From: Candidatus Eiseniibacteriota bacterium
GTDB taxonomy: Bacteria; Eisenbacteria; RBG-16-71-46
Direction of reading: 5' to 3'
Assembly: GCA_963725865.1 (NCBI GenBank)
Contig: CAVSAC010000016.1
Span: 1 to 63,509 of the forward strand
Length of the DNA: 63,509 nucleotides
The notes beneath the pieces are model-generated. The model did not search any database. It was not told the DNA's origin and worked only from the letters and a program-made list of their open reading frames with translations. Each line of letters starts with the position of its first letter. Within the stretch, counting starts at the first letter, position 1. Position numbers and translations under genes: made by a program. Shown here one piece after another: positions 46,460 to 60,304 of this stretch.

Positions 46460-47332
46460 ATGGATACCCTGATCCGTCGCGCGACGCTCCCCGCCGCGCT
46501 CGCGCTGCTCGCGCTCACCTCCCCCGCATCGGCCCAGCTCTCGCTGCCGCGGGTGAGCCCCAACGCCAGCGTGACGCAGACCATCGGCATCACCGACGTC
46601 ACGGTGAAGTACTGCCGCCCCGGCGTGAAGAGCCGCGTCATCTGGGGCGAGCTGGTGCCCTACGGCCAGCCGTGGCGCACCGGCGCCAACGAGGCGACGG
46701 ACTTCACCACCACCGACGACCTCACGGTCAACGGCCAGAAGCTCGCGGCCGGCACCTACGCGCTGTTCACCATCCCGGGCGAGGCCGAGCTGGACGGTGG
46801 TGTTCAGCACCGACAAGGAGATGTGGGGCGCGTTCGAGTACAAGCAGGAGCACGACGTGCTGCGCGTGCACGGTGACGCCGAGGGCCGGCCGAGCACGCA
46901 GGAGTGGATGCAGTTCACGTTCGACGACCTGACCCCGAACGAGCGCCGACCTGGTGCTGCGCTGGGAGAAGCTCGCGATCCCGGTCACGCTCGCGGTCGA
47001 CGTCAACGGCACCGTGCTCGCCGCGGCGCGCGAGGCCACCTCCAAGGCCAAGGGCGACGACTGGCGCACGCCCTACCAGGCGGCGCGGCTGGAGCTTCGA
47101 CAACTCGCAGGCGCTCGACGAGGGCGCGAAGTGGCTCGAGAAGTCGCTCGCGGCGCAGACCACCTACGCCAACCTCGGCCTCAAGGCGCGCTGGCTCGCG
47201 AAGGACGGCAAGACCAAGGACGCCATCGCCGCCGGCACCAAGGCGGTCGCGCTGGGCAAGGCCGACTCCAGCAAGCCCGACGTGTCCGCGCTCGAGAAGT
47301 CGGTCGCGGAGTGGAGCGCGGCGGCGAAGTAG
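46460..47332 (+). CDS. DUF2911 domain protein with a C-terminal TPR; frameshifted
   Basis: LPRVSPNASVTQTIG.TDVTVKYCRP.VK.R.IWGELVPYGQPWRTGANEAT...AGTYALFTIP; LRWEK. Confidence 0.88.
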
Positions 47333-47346
47333 CTCCGTCCCGAAGA

Positions 47347-47386
47347 CACGAAGGCCCGCGGACGACGAGGCCCGCGGGCCTTCGTG
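47347..47386. terminator. Hairpin between convergent genes
   Basis: CACGAAGGCCCGCGG...CCGCGGGCCTTCGTG, 15-bp stem. Confidence 0.55.
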
Positions 47387-47484
47387 CGTGAGGGGCGGAT
47401 CCGGGGTGGGACGGCGGGATGGGACGGCGGCGGACCCGGGCGCCTGCGGGCGCGGCGCGTGCCGCGGCGTCCGCGACGCGCCGG

Positions 47485-49198
47485 CTCAGGCCGCGGCGCG
47501 CGCGCGCCGGCCCAGCCACGGCTCGAGCGCCAGCGCCAGCACCACCACCAGCGCGCAGCCGAGCACGTTGTACCACGAGGAACGAGATCGCGGTGAGCTT
47601 GAAGCACGCGATCACCGCGGCCTCGGCCACCAGCGCGGCGACGAACACCGCGGTCCCGCCGACCCGCTTGAGGTAGAACGCGGTCAGGAAGATGCCGAGG
47701 ATGGTGCCGTAGAACAGCGAGCCGAGGATGTTCACCGCCTCGACCAGCGTGCCCAGCCCGCTCGCCCACCCGGCGAAGGCGACCGCGAACGCGGTCCAGG
47801 CCACGGTGGCGACCCGCGACACCAGCAGGTCGCGGCGCTCGTCGGCGACGTGGCCGGGCAGGCGCCGCTACACGTCCACCACCGTGGTCGAGGCGAGCGC
47901 GTTGAGCTCGGCCGAGCTGGAGTTCATCGACGCCGCGAACACCGCGGCGAACACCAGCCCGATCGATCCCGGCGGGCAGCGAGCCCAGCACGAACCACAG
48001 GAACACGTAGTTGTTGTCGTTGCCGCTCGAGCCCGGATTGGCGGCCTTCACCAGCGCCGAGGCCTCCCGGCGCGCCGCGCGCACGCGCGCGTCGGCCGAG
48101 CTCAGCGCCGCGCTCGCGCGTGCCTCGGACGCGCCGTCGTGGGCGTGGCGCGCGGTCACCAGCGCGCGCGCATCGGCGTCGCGCGCGGCGAGGGCGGCGG
48201 CGTGCTCGCCTTCGAGCGCGTGCCAGCGCGGGGCGGCGGGGCCGTGCGCGGCGCGCGCCGCCTCGACCGGGTTGAAGTGACAGCGGCGGCTTCAGGAACA
48301 GCGACACCGCGAAGATGGTCACGCCCAGCGCCAGGATGACGAACTGCATCGGCACCTTCAGCATGCCGTTGAAGAGGAGCCCGAGCCGGCTCTGCGTCAC
48401 CGACTGGCCGGTCAGGTAGCGGCCCACCTGCGACTGGTCGGTGCCGAAGTACGACAGCTGCGAGGAAGAAGCCGCCGAGCATGCCCGACCAGAAGTTGTA
48501 GCGGTTGTTCAGGTCGAAGGAGAAGTCGACCGCGGTGAGCTTGCCCATCCGGCCCGCCACGTGGACCGCGTCTCCGAAGGTGCCACGCCCGCGGGCAGGA
48601 GCGCCGATCGCGAGCACGAACGCCACCACGATGCCGGCGAGGATGATGACGAGCTGCAGAGTGTGCGTGTGGCTCGACCGCTCGGCTGCCGCCGAACGCC
48701 GTGTAGACGATCACCAGCGCGCCGATCACCGAGGATCGTCGCGTAGAGGTTCCAGCCCAGCAGCACCGACAGGATGAGCGCCGGCGCGTAGATCGTGAGC
48801 CCGCCCGCCAGCCCGCGCTGGACCAGGAAGAGGCCGGCCGCGAGCTGTCGCGTCTTGCACGTCGAAGCGCGTCTCGAGGAACTCGTAGGCGGTGTAGACC
48901 TTGAGCCGGTGGTAGAGCGGCACGCGGTGACCGAGAGCACGACCATCGCCAGCGGCAGGCCGAAGTAGAACTGCACGAAGCGCATGCCGTCCACGTAGCG
49001 CCTGTCCGGGCGTCGACGAGGAACGTGATCGCGCTCGCCTGCGTGGCCATGATCGAGAAGGCGACCGTCTGCCAGCGCATGCTGCGGTCGCCGCCAGCAC
49101 GTAGCCGTCGAGGCCGCCGTGCGCCGCGCCCCTCCACACGCCGTAGCGACGATGAAGACGCCAGCGGCCGCGAGGACGACCCAGTCGAGCGTCCTCAC
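47485..49198 (-). CDS. Sodium:solute symporter (SSS family); many frameshifts
   Basis: LDWVVL, SIMATQASAITF, GMRFVQFYFGLP, TAYEFLETRF, YFGTDQSQV.RYL, LVEAVNILGSLFYG. Confidence 0.85.
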
Positions 49199-49349
49199 GA
49201 GAACGCCCGCGTACAGCGCCAGAGAGCACGATCAGCGAGCGCCAGCTTGAGCGAGCACGATCGCGTAGAAGCGCGCAGCTCCGGCCGAGCGGCGGCGGCT
49301 CGTCCTCGCCGGCGGTGCGTGCGGGATCGCGCGGCGCGGTCTCGCTCAT
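49195..49349 (-). CDS. Small membrane protein between the deacetylase and the SSS gene; frameshifted
   Basis: MSETAPRD...DEPPPLGRS followed by a hydrophobic stretch; overlaps both neighbouring genes. Confidence 0.5.
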
Positions 49350-51895
49350 CGCCCGGCGGCCACCAGATTCGACGAAGCAGCCGGTACGCGCCGGGCACGC
49401 CGGCCGGCAGCTGCCGGAAGAAGCGCGAGCCCCGTGTAGATGAAGACGCCCTTGCCGTACGTGCGCCGCGAGCAGGCCGCCCGCGCGCGCCGGCTCGCCC
49501 GGATCGTGCAGGACGAGCAGCGCGTCGTAGCTCGGGTCCCATCGGTCGGCGAAGTAGAGGCCGCGCTCCTGCACCCAGCCGTCGAAGTCCGCCGGCGCGA
49601 TCTTGTTCGGGCGCGTTGAGCAGCGGGCTCGGGCTCAGCGAACGTGCACCGGCGCCTCCTCGACCGTGACGCGGTCGCGCGAGATCTCGAGCGGATAGGG
49701 CCCGCGACATCGCGGGCTCGAGCGTCATCGAGGTGTTGTACTGCACGACGCAGCGTGCCGCCGGCGCTGCACGTAGTCGAGCAGCCGCGGCTGCAGCGCG
49801 CGCAGACCGCTCGCGCGTGTTGTACGCGCGCACGCCGGTGACGATGGCGTCGAAGCGCGACAGGTCGCCGTCGGCGAGGTCGTCGTCGGAGAGCAGCGTC
49901 ACGTGGTAGCCCGCCTGGCCGCAGCGCGTCGGGGACTGCGTCGCCGGAGCCCATCACGTAGCCCACTCGCTGCGCCCCGCGGGCCAGGTCGGTCGCGCAC
50001 CAGCCGCGCCGCGGCGGGCGGGAACAGACGGTCTGCACGGGGATGTGCGGGTGAGTCGATGGTGACGCAGGCCGCGGTCGCCAGTCGCCGCGCTCGCCCG
50101 GACGCGCGCCGCGCGAGCGCCCGCCGACGGCGCCGCCGCCGGACGCACCGGTGAAGCGCACCGCCTGCTCGCTCGCCGCCGGCCAGCGTCACGCTGGCGC
50201 TCGCCGGCTCGCTCACGCCAGCCCGCGGGCAGCGCTCAGGCGCACCGTGCCCGCGACCGGCGCGCGTCCGGCGCGGGCGTGACGCGCACCGCGCGCGGCG
50301 GCGGTCGGGGAACAGCGTAGACCGTCTCGGTCGAGCGCCAGCGTCACGGGCGGCGTCGACCACGAGCGGGCGGTAGCGCTCGCCCTCGCACCGGGTCGAC
50401 CCAGCGGTAAAGCACCGGCACGTCGAAGCGCCACCGGTCGGCCGCCGAATCGAGCACGAAGCGCGCCGAGCGGCCGGCGGCGTTCTCCGGCATGCCGATG
50501 AGCGCGGCGGTCTCGACGTGGAAGCGCGCGCCGGCGGCGGCTCGCTCGCAGCCAGTAGGGCTGCGTGATCGCAGATCGCCGGGCAGCACCGCGTCGGCCG
50601 AGGCGGCGATCGGTCGGTTGGGCGCGAGCGCGCGGCGAGCCGGCGCGGCGCGCCATCGCTGTCGCCGGCGGCGACTCGCGCTGGCACCGTCGGCAGCTCG
50701 AGCGCTCGAGCGCGGCGGCGGTCGACGCGCACCAGCGTCAGCAGGTCGAGCGTGCACGGTGTCGCCCGGCGACGCCCGCGGGGGCGGCGGCGACCGCCTC
50801 GAGCCACAGCCCCGCGCAGGCGCGGATCACGTCGTCGAGCTCGCCGCGCTTCGGCGCGCACCACGACGTCCTCGGAGCCGAGCGCGTCGAGCGCGGCCTG
50901 GCGCGCATCAGCGCCGGCAGCGCCGCCGGCGGGCCGGTCGGGTCGAACTCGCGCTCGGCCTCGCGCGAGCAGCGCGCCGACGCGCGTCGCCGCCCGGGAC
51001 GCGCGCCCACGTCAGGTCGACGCCCTCGAACAGGTCGCGCGTCGGCGGGGTCGCCCGGCGAGCAGCTCGAAGTAGTTCGGCGAGCGGCCGCGCCGCTCGG
51101 CCGAGCCGAAGCCCTGGCTCTTGTGCATGCTGCGGCTCTCGCCGGCGATCTCGCTGTACGAGCGGCCGAGCAGCGGGTTGTAGGCGCCGACGTCGACGCG
51201 TCGAGCCGCGGCTGCGTCGTCCTCGGCGGCGCGGCCAGCGCGAACGCGTTCCAGAGCAGCCGCCGCGCCTGCCACGGCGCAGCCGTCGAGCTGCTCGGGG
51301 AAGCGCTTCGGGTCGGCCGCGGCCGCGAAGGCCTCCTCGGCGAGCATGCGCCGACGCGGTGTGGTGCCCGTGCCCGCCGCTCGCCGTCGGTGCGGGAAGC
51401 GCGTGATGATGACGTCGGGCCGGAAGCGGCGGATGACGCGCACCACGTCGGCGAGGACCGCGTCGTGCCCCCAGATGCGCGAGCGTCTCGTCGGGGCTCT
51501 TCGAGAAGCCGAAGTCGACCGCGCGCGTGAAGAACTGCTCGGCGCCGTCGATGCGGCGCGCCGCGAGCAGCTCCTGCGTGCGGATGACGCCGAGCAGGTC
51601 GCCCAGCTCGGGGCCGATCAGGTTCTGGCCGCCGTCGCCGCGCGTCAGCGACAGGTAGGCCGTGCGCACCAGCGGCCCTGCGCGCGAGCCAGGCGAGCAT
51701 GGCGGTGTTCTCGTCGTCCGGGTGCGCCGCCACGTAGAGCACGCTGCCGATGACCTGCAGCCGGTGCAGCGCGAGGCGCATCTGGGCGCCGTCCATCGGC
51801 TCCGGCGGCCGCGGATCGGCGAGCGCGGCGAGAGGGGCGAGCGCGGCCAGCAGGGCGAGCGCGGCACCGAGGCGGCGCGCCAGGTTGGGACGCAT
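49346..51895 (-). CDS. Exported PIG-L/LmbE-family deacetylase with a C-terminal glutamine-amidotransferase-like domain; many frameshifts
   Basis: [101 protein letters not shown]. Confidence 0.88.
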
Positions 51896-52222
51896 GCGGG
51901 ACGACCTCCGTCGTTGGGAGCCTGGGAGCCGCGCGACGTCGTGCGCGGGAGCGGCATGCTAGCACGCCCCCGATCACCGCAGGACACCGGACGACCTGCG
52001 CGGCCTGGAGGGCCGCGAGCGCGGCGGGGGTCCGGACCCGGAGGCCTCGCCCACCGCGATCGCCGGGAGTCCATGACCGGCGGGCGGGAATCGATACCGA
52101 CCGCGGCGATCGTCACCGGCGCGCGCGGACCCCGTGCGGCCGCCGCCCGTGCGCTTCGCCGCACCCGGGGCCCGTGATAGCCTCAAGGCGTTCCGGCCAT
52201 CCGCATCCGCACTGGAGACCCC

Positions 52223-54751
52223 ATGCCCCGCATCCCGATGCCCGCCTTCGCGGCCGCGTTCGTCCTCGCGCTCCTGCTCCCCGCCGCGCCCGCCGGCGCC
52301 GCCGCGCCCGACGGCAACGTGGAGTGGGCCGGCATCTCGCACATCGCCTGGCAGGATCGCCGGCCGCTCTGCCCGGTGAGCAGGCGAGGCGTTCCAGGTG
52401 CGCTTCCAGGCGTGGCGAACGACCTCACCGCGCGTGCGGGTGTACGTGGTCGCGGGCGCGGCGACCAGCGACGTGGCTGGACGCCGCGCGCGCGGCCGTG
52501 CGCGGCCCGTACGACATCTGGGCGGCGCAGCTGCCGGCCACGGCGTCGGCGACACGCAGAGCTACTGGTTCGCAGCTCACCGACGGCGCGGCTCACGGAC
52601 TACGTGAGCGTCTCGGGCCTCACCGCCACCGTCCCCGCCGACGGCGGCTTCGCGCTCGACTTCGCGACGCTCGTCGCACGCGCCGCTCGGCGCGACGCCC
52701 GTGACCGGCGGCGGCGCGGTGTTCCGGGTGTGGGCGCCGCGCGGCGCCGGCTGCGTCGTGCGCGGCGAGTTCAACGGCTGGGGCACGGCGAACCCGCTCG
52801 CGAAGGTCGGCGAGTACTTCGCCGCGCGCGTCGCCGGCGCCGCGGCCGCGCCAGCAGTACAAGTACTACTTCAACAACGTCACCTGGAACACCGACGCGC
52901 GCGCGCGCGTCGCTGGACCCGGCGAACAGCTACAACGCGCATCGAGAACCCGTTCCGCTTCGCCTGGACCGACTCGGCGTACGCGACGCCCGCTCGGACT
53001 CGCTGGTCATCTACCAGCTCCACGTCGGCACGTTCGCCGGCCGCAACGACCCGATGGGCGTGTCGGAGCTTCCCGTCGCGCTTCGTCGACGTGGCCGCGC
53101 GCGTCGCGCACCTGCGTCGAGCCTGGGCGTGAACGCGGTGATGTTCAACCCGATCACCGAGTTCCCCACCGACGCGTCGGCGGGCTACAACCCGATCACC
53201 GCGTGTGGTCGCCGGAGTCGGGGCTACGGCACGCCCGACGACTTCAAGTACGCTGGTGGACGCGCTGCCACGCGAACGGCATCGCGGTGCTGCTCGACAT
53301 CGTGTGGAACCACTTGTCGTCCACCGACAACTTCCTGTGGAACTACGACGGCACGCAGATCTACTTCGAGACGCCCGACGTCGACACGCCGTGGGGCTCG
53401 CAGGCCGCCTTCGGCCGCCGCGCGGTCGCAGGACTACTACGCGCAACAGCGCGCATGACTGGCTCGAGGAGTACCACGTCGACGGCTATCCGCATGGACG
53501 CCACCGCGTACATGACCCGCAGGCGCCACGGCGCGGCGGCTGGGCGCTCATGCAGCGGCTCAACGACGAGGTGCGACCGGCGCTGGGCCGACAAGATCAC
53601 CATCGCCGAGCAGCTGCCCGAACAACGCCGCGACTACTCCACCCCCACGTCGCCTCGGGCGGCGCCGGCTTCGACGCGCAGTACCAGATGCTGTTCCGCG
53701 ACAACATCCGCCAGGCGATCTTCGACGCGGCGTTCGGCGACCCGAACATGAACAACGTGCGCGAGCGCCCTGCTGGGCAGCGGCGCCTACATCAGCGGCG
53801 CGAAGCGCGCGCTGAACTACATCGCAGCTGCACGACGAGGCGTGGCCCTCGAGCGGCGGCCAGCGCCTGGTCAAGACGATCGACACCACCGCGCCGTACG
53901 ACGACGTGTGGGCGCAGGGCCGCAGCAAGCTCGGCGACGGCCTCACGCTGGTCGCCGCCCGGCATCCCGGCGTTCCTGATGGGCGACCGAGTGGCTCGAG
54001 GACACCGACTTCGATCCCGAGCTCGACCCATCGGATCGACTGGTCCAAGAAGACGACCTACGCGCCCGATCTGGTCACTACTACCGCGACCTGATCCACC
54101 TGCGCCGCTCGCTCGACCCGCTGCGCGCCGACGCCGGCGTGTACGTCTCGCACGTGAACGAGGCCGGCAACGTCATCGCGTTCCGGCGCTACGACGGGCT
54201 CGGCAACAGCCTGATGGTGATCGCCAACTTCTCGAACAACGACTTCGCCAGCTACCGCATCGGCGTGCCGGTGGCCGGCAACTGGCTGGAGTCCATCGAC
54301 AGTCAGTCGGCCAAGTACGACGGCGACGGCCTCGACAACCCTGGCGTGCTCGCCACCGAGGCGACCAGCGCCGACGGATACGCGCAGTCGCTGGTGGTGC
54401 GGGTGCCGAAGATGGGCCTGCTGGTGCTCGGGCCGCAGTCGCTGCTCGACGTCGCCGACGCCCCCGCGCCCACCCGCCTGCGCTTCTCGCGCGTGGCGCC
54501 GGTGCCGGCGCGCGCGGGCGCCTCGATCGTGTTCACGCTGCCGCGCGCGGGACACGCCCGGCTCGCGCTGGTGGACGTCACCGGCCGCGCGGTCGCCACG
54601 CTGCTCGACGGCCCACTCGGCGCGGGCGAGCACACCGTGCGCTGGGACGGCCGCGACGCGCGCGGCCAGCGCGTGGGCGCGGGCGTCTACTTCCTGGCGC
54701 TGGAGAGCGACGGCGCGCGCGCGGTGCAGCGCATCCCGGTGCTGGCGCTAG
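52223..54751 (+). CDS. Secreted GH13 alpha-amylase-family enzyme (CBM48; branching enzyme/trehalohydrolase-like) with a C-terminal FlgD-Ig-like domain; many frameshifts
   Basis: Signal peptide; FRVWAP...VRGEFNGW, IYQLHVGTF, GYNP, LLDIVWNH, RMDAT, IAEQ, HDE, FLMG; C-terminus VDVTGRAVATL...WDGRD...GVYF; TAG at 54749 followed by a hairpin. Confidence 0.82.
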
Positions 54752-54771
54752 CCGCCGCCCGGATCCGACCC

Positions 54772-54801
54772 GACGCCCCGGCGCGCACGCGCCGGGGCGT
54801 C
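54772..54801 (+). terminator. Hairpin downstream of the GH13 gene
   Basis: GACGCCCCGGCGC-gcac-GCGCCGGGGCGTC, 13-bp stem. Confidence 0.5.
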
Positions 54802-55059
54802 CTCGTCCAGCTCGGCCCGGGAGGACGGCATTCCGTCGGGCCCGCGTCCCCTTCGCCGCGCCCGCGGGACGGCGGCGATCGGCACGGCGGACCGATCGCG
54901 GGGCGCGACGACGCCCTTGTGGCGTCCGGGTGAGCGGGCCTAGCATCAAGGCGTCGTCTCCACTGGCTGTCTGATCGCGCGACCCACGAGGATCACCCGC
55001 GAGTCCTGGCTACCCGTTCGAACCGATTCCACACGTCGTCAACGGACCGGAGCTTCGCC

Positions 55060-56583
55060 ATGGACCGCTCGCGCCCCGCTGTCTCCCGCTCGCGCTGCTC
55101 TGCACTCGTTCAGGCTTCCGCGACCGTCGCGGCGCTGATGATCGCGGCGCTCGTCGCTCCCCCGTCGCCGGCGCGCGCGCTGATCCCGCGCGTCTCGGCG
55201 TGCACGCCGCCCGGCTGGTCGGCGCCGGTGGTGCCGCGCGTGGACCCCGACGCGATGGACACGCTCAGCGTCCTCACCTCGCCGCAGCTTCGGACCGATC
55301 AGCCGACCTGGTTCAACTGGGGCTCCTGCGGCAACGCGGCGGCGGGCGGAGGCTGGTCCGACGCGCTCTACCTGGACGGCTCGCTGATCTCGCTCGTCGG
55401 GCGGCCCTTCGACCCGCGCTTCGTCTTCCACGCGTTCTACTCGCTCAACGACGGGCCGGTCTGGGTGAGCGGCGGACGCCACACCCTGATGGTGCACGCC
55501 GACCTCTATGGCCAGATGCTCGACGGCCGGGGCGATCTGGGGGACGACTTCGCGTATCGCACCTACCTGTGGCCGGCCACTTCCGTGGCATGGGGCACCG
55601 GCCGCGGCCTGCCGTTGCCACCGCCGAGCGAGAGCGGGATCTTCGGCGGTCCGCCCAATTGCTCGACGCTCGCACTCCAGCGCCCCGCGCTCCTCCCCTG
55701 GTGCGTCTCGGTGACCGGCTACACCAACCCGAGCCTGTTGCTCTACGACGACTACGTGAACTCCACCACCGGCTACAGCCACCAGATCGGAGCAGCGGCG
55801 CCGGCGGGTGACACGCTCGACCTGGTGGTCGGGCAGGGCGATCCCACGCCCGACACGCTGTACGCGGGCCTGGTGCGGGGCCCCGAAGCCCCGCCCCTGA
55901 TCGCGTGGTGCACGTTCTACTCGAGCGACGCCTCGGGCCATCTCGGCGGCGCCGGCTCGAGCTGGCCGTCCGTGGAGCTGCCGGCCGCCGCGGTCGGGCA
56001 GGTGTTCCGGCTCACCCTGCAGGCTGGCGATCCGTACCCGCTGCTGCTCTCGAGCCTGACCGGCAACGCCGACCTCGCGTTCGCGCTGTTCGCGCCCGGC
56101 AGCGGCGGCGTGTTCACGCTGAAGGACGCGATCGCCCATTCGGTGCCGCGGACGACGACGCTGCTCGACAGCCTGGTGTTCGTGCCGCCGGTGACCGGCG
56201 ACTATCCGCTGGTGGTCCATCGCGTGACGCGCGCGGGGCTCGACGCCGCCACCAGCTACTCGCTCCAGGTGGGAGCCTCCGCGCTGGACGCGCCGCGGCC
56301 CGAGCGGCTCGCGTTCGCGCTCGACGCGGGGCCGAATCCGGCGCACGGGCCGGCGCGGGTGTCGTGGTCGCTGGCGGCAGCGGGCCCGGCCACCGTCGCC
56401 GTGCTGGACGTGCAGGGCCGGGTGGTGCGCACGCTGGCGCGCGACGCGGGCGCCGCGGGCCGGCAGACGGCGACCTGGGATCTCACGGACGACCGCGGCG
56501 CCGCGGTCGCCGGTGGTCTCTACTGGGTGCGCCTGCAGGCCGGCGGGCATTCGCTGGTGCGGCGGCTGGTGGTCGCCCGCTGA
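55060..56583 (+). CDS. Secreted protein of unknown function with a C-terminal FlgD-Ig-like domain
   Basis: Signal peptide; beta-rich body; AGPNP...LDVQGRVVRTL...WDLTDDRG...GLYWVRL. Confidence 0.78.
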   Translation: MDRSRPAVSRSRCSALVQASATVAALMIAALVAPPSPARALIPRVSACTPPGWSAPVVPRVDPDAMDTLSVLTSPQLRTDQPTWFNWGSCGNAAAGGGWSDALYLDGSLISLVGRPFDPRFVFHAFYSLNDGPVWVSGGRHTLMVHADLYGQMLDGRGDLGDDFAYRTYLWPATSVAWGTGRGLPLPPPSESGIFGGPPNCSTLALQRPALLPWCVSVTGYTNPSLLLYDDYVNSTTGYSHQIGAAAPAGDTLDLVVGQGDPTPDTLYAGLVRGPEAPPLIAWCTFYSSDASGHLGGAGSSWPSVELPAAAVGQVFRLTLQAGDPYPLLLSSLTGNADLAFALFAPGSGGVFTLKDAIAHSVPRTTTLLDSLVFVPPVTGDYPLVVHRVTRAGLDAATSYSLQVGASALDAPRPERLAFALDAGPNPAHGPARVSWSLAAAGPATVAVLDVQGRVVRTLARDAGAAGRQTATWDLTDDRGAAVAGGLYWVRLQAGGHSLVRRLVVAR

Positions 56584-56832
56584 TCGCGACCCGATCCCGA
56601 TCGCGCTGGACCCGGCGCCGGCGGGGGCGCGGACGCGCGGCGCGACCGGGTGAGTGCCGGCTCACCTCGATGGGGCCGCGGACGCGCGCCCGAGTGCGCC
56701 GGAGCTCATCCGGGCGCACGCGCTGACTCGCCCGTTCGGCGTTTCCCCGCCCGCGTCACCCCTGATATCCTGCCGGCTGATTCGCCCCCACGGCGGCTCT
56801 CCGCCATGCCGAACCCGGAGGTACGACCCATC

Positions 56833-58065
<1,233 letters not shown>

Positions 58066-58069
<4 letters not shown>

Positions 58070-59753
58070 CCAACAACCTGCGACATCAAGACGCCGGCCC
58101 AGGGCGAAGCCGGCGGTCCGTCAAGAGCGACTACGGCCTGGACAACCACGGTCTAGCCGAACCTCGGCACGGTCTACTGGAACCTGCCCACCGAGGCGCT
58201 CTACGAGGAGGTCATCTTCCGGCGCGAGGGCACGCATCGGCCACGCAGGGCCCGGTCGTGTGCAGCACCGGCAAGCACACCGGCCGCGCCGCCAGCCGAC
58301 AAGTTCGTCGTGCGCGAGGCCGCGTCAGCGAGGACCACGTCTGGTGGGGGCAGTACAACCGCCCCTTCGCGCCCGACAAGTTCGACGAGCTGTTCGGCCG
58401 CCTGCAGGGCTACCTGCAGGGCCGCGACCTGTTCGTGCAGGACTGCTACGCGCGGCGCCGATCCCGAGTACCGCCTGCCGGTGCGCATCGTCACCGAGCT
58501 GGCCTGGCACAGCGCTGTTCGCGCGCAACATGTTCATCCCGCTCGCGAACTCCGAGGAGTACCGCCGCCACGTGCCGGAGTTCACGGTCATCGCCGCGCC
58601 GGGCTTCAAGGGCATCGCCCTCGATCGACAGACACGCCGAGCAACACCTTCATCGTCCTGAACTTCGCAGAAGCGGTCTGCATCATCGGCAACACCGCCT
58701 ACGCCGGCGAGATCAAGAAGTCGGTCTTCACGGTGATGAACTACCTGCTGCCGCTGCAGGGCGTGATGTCCATGCACTGCTCCGCCAACGTGGGCAAGGA
58801 CGGGACGCTCGGCGCTCTTCTTCGGCCTCTCCGGCACCGGCAAGACCACGCTCTCGGCCGATCCCAGCCGCGGCCTCATCGGCGACGACGAGCACGGCTG
58901 GAGCGACAACGGCGTCTTCAACTTCGAGGACGGCTGCTACGCCAAGGTGATCCGCCTCTCGGCGGCCAGGCCGAGCCGGAGATCTACGCCCGCACCCGGC
59001 GCTTCGGCACCATCCTCGAGAACGTGGTCTTCGACCCGGTGCTCGCGGCGCATCGACCTGGACGACGAGACCGTCACCGAGAACACGCGCGCCTCGCTAC
59101 CCGCTCGACTTCATCGAGCAACGCCGTCCTGACGAGCATGGGCGGGCACCCGAAGAACATCGTGCTGCTCACCTGCGACGCCATCGGGCGTCATGCCGCC
59201 GATCGCCCGGCTGACTCCCGAGCAGGCGCTCTACCACTTCATCTCGCGGCTACACGTCGAAGCTCGCCGGCACCGAGGCGGGCCTCGGCAAGGAGCCGGA
59301 GATCACCTTCAGCGCCTGCTTCGGCGGGCCGTTCATGGTGCATCACCCGGCCGTCTACGCCGACCTGCTGAAGCGGAAGATGCAGCGCTACGGCGCCACC
59401 TGCTGGCTGGTGAACACCGGCTGGGTGGGCGGCCCCTACGGCGTGGGCAAGCGCATCAGCATCAAGCACACCCGCGCGCTGCTGAACGCGGCGCTGGACG
59501 GCGAAGCTGCAGAAGGTGCGAGTACTGCAGGGATCCCGATCTTCGGCTTCGAGGTGCCCGAGAGCCTGCCCCGACGTGCCCGACGGCGTGATCACCCGGC
59601 CCGAGACGCTGGCCGGACCCGAGCCTGTACTGGACGCGCTACCGCCAGCTGGCCGCGCGCTTCATCGAGAACTTCAAGAAGTTCGAGGCCGACTGTCCGC
59701 CCGAGGTGGTGGCGGCGGGTCCGAAGCTCGAGGAGGCCGCCGCGAAGCGGTGA
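58066..59753 (+). CDS. pckA: Phosphoenolpyruvate carboxykinase (ATP); frameshifted
   Basis: [75 protein letters not shown] overlaps the upstream TGA. Confidence 0.92.
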
Positions 59754-59789
59754 CGATCACTCGCTAGCCTTGTGACTCACGAACACACG

Positions 59790-59821
59790 AAGCGCCGGGG
59801 TCCGAGAGGACTCCGGCGCTT
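59790..59821 (+). terminator. Probable intrinsic terminator after pckA
   Basis: AAGCGCCGGGGTCC-GAGA-GGACTCCGGCGCTT with a GNRA loop and a short T run. Confidence 0.6.
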
Positions 59822-60304
59822 TCGTAGGGGCGGAGGCTGACGTAGCGGGGACCTCGGTGATGCGGGCGAATTCGTCCATGGAGAGGTGGCCGCCGTTCCC
59901 CGAGTGGCGCCGCGTCAACCGGACGGTCCCGACGTCCTGTGGATCGAGCAGGTGGATCCGACCGACCGGCGGCGCGCCACGCTCCTCAGCGTTCACCGGC
60001 CCAAGGACACCTGTGCCGCGAGACGACGCTGGACGGAGCGGATCCGTCCGAAGCAACCGGGCACGTGGGTGACGATTCTGCTTGACGCGTCTTGCGAGCC
60101 CAAGCGTGCGCAGGTCGATGCCTGTGCTCCGATCGCGCGCGTGCGCACGCAGATCGCGCGCTGACGCCATCGAAGCGCTCCGCGATGCTTGACTTTCATG
60201 ACGCCGCGCGATGTGCGCGCTGCGGGCATCCTCACTCGATCCTCACCCATCTGCTATAGGTAGAGAGTGCCCTCGCGACTTCGCCCCCGCTGCGGAGTCC
60301 CGCC

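Noticed and set aside
55016..55024. GTTCGAACC, a T-loop-like motif
   Set aside because: No T-stem, acceptor stem or anticodon arm can be formed around it.
59880..59892. GGAGAGGTGGCCG resembling the 5' end of a tRNA-Ser (possible att remnant)
   Set aside because: The match is only 13 nt, no cloverleaf follows, and it lies ~2 kb from the integrase. It cannot be distinguished from chance without the other end of the element.
59857..60164. Short ORFs between pckA and the HNH gene
   Set aside because: There is no clear RBS or recognisable motif and the frames conflict, so a gene call cannot be supported.
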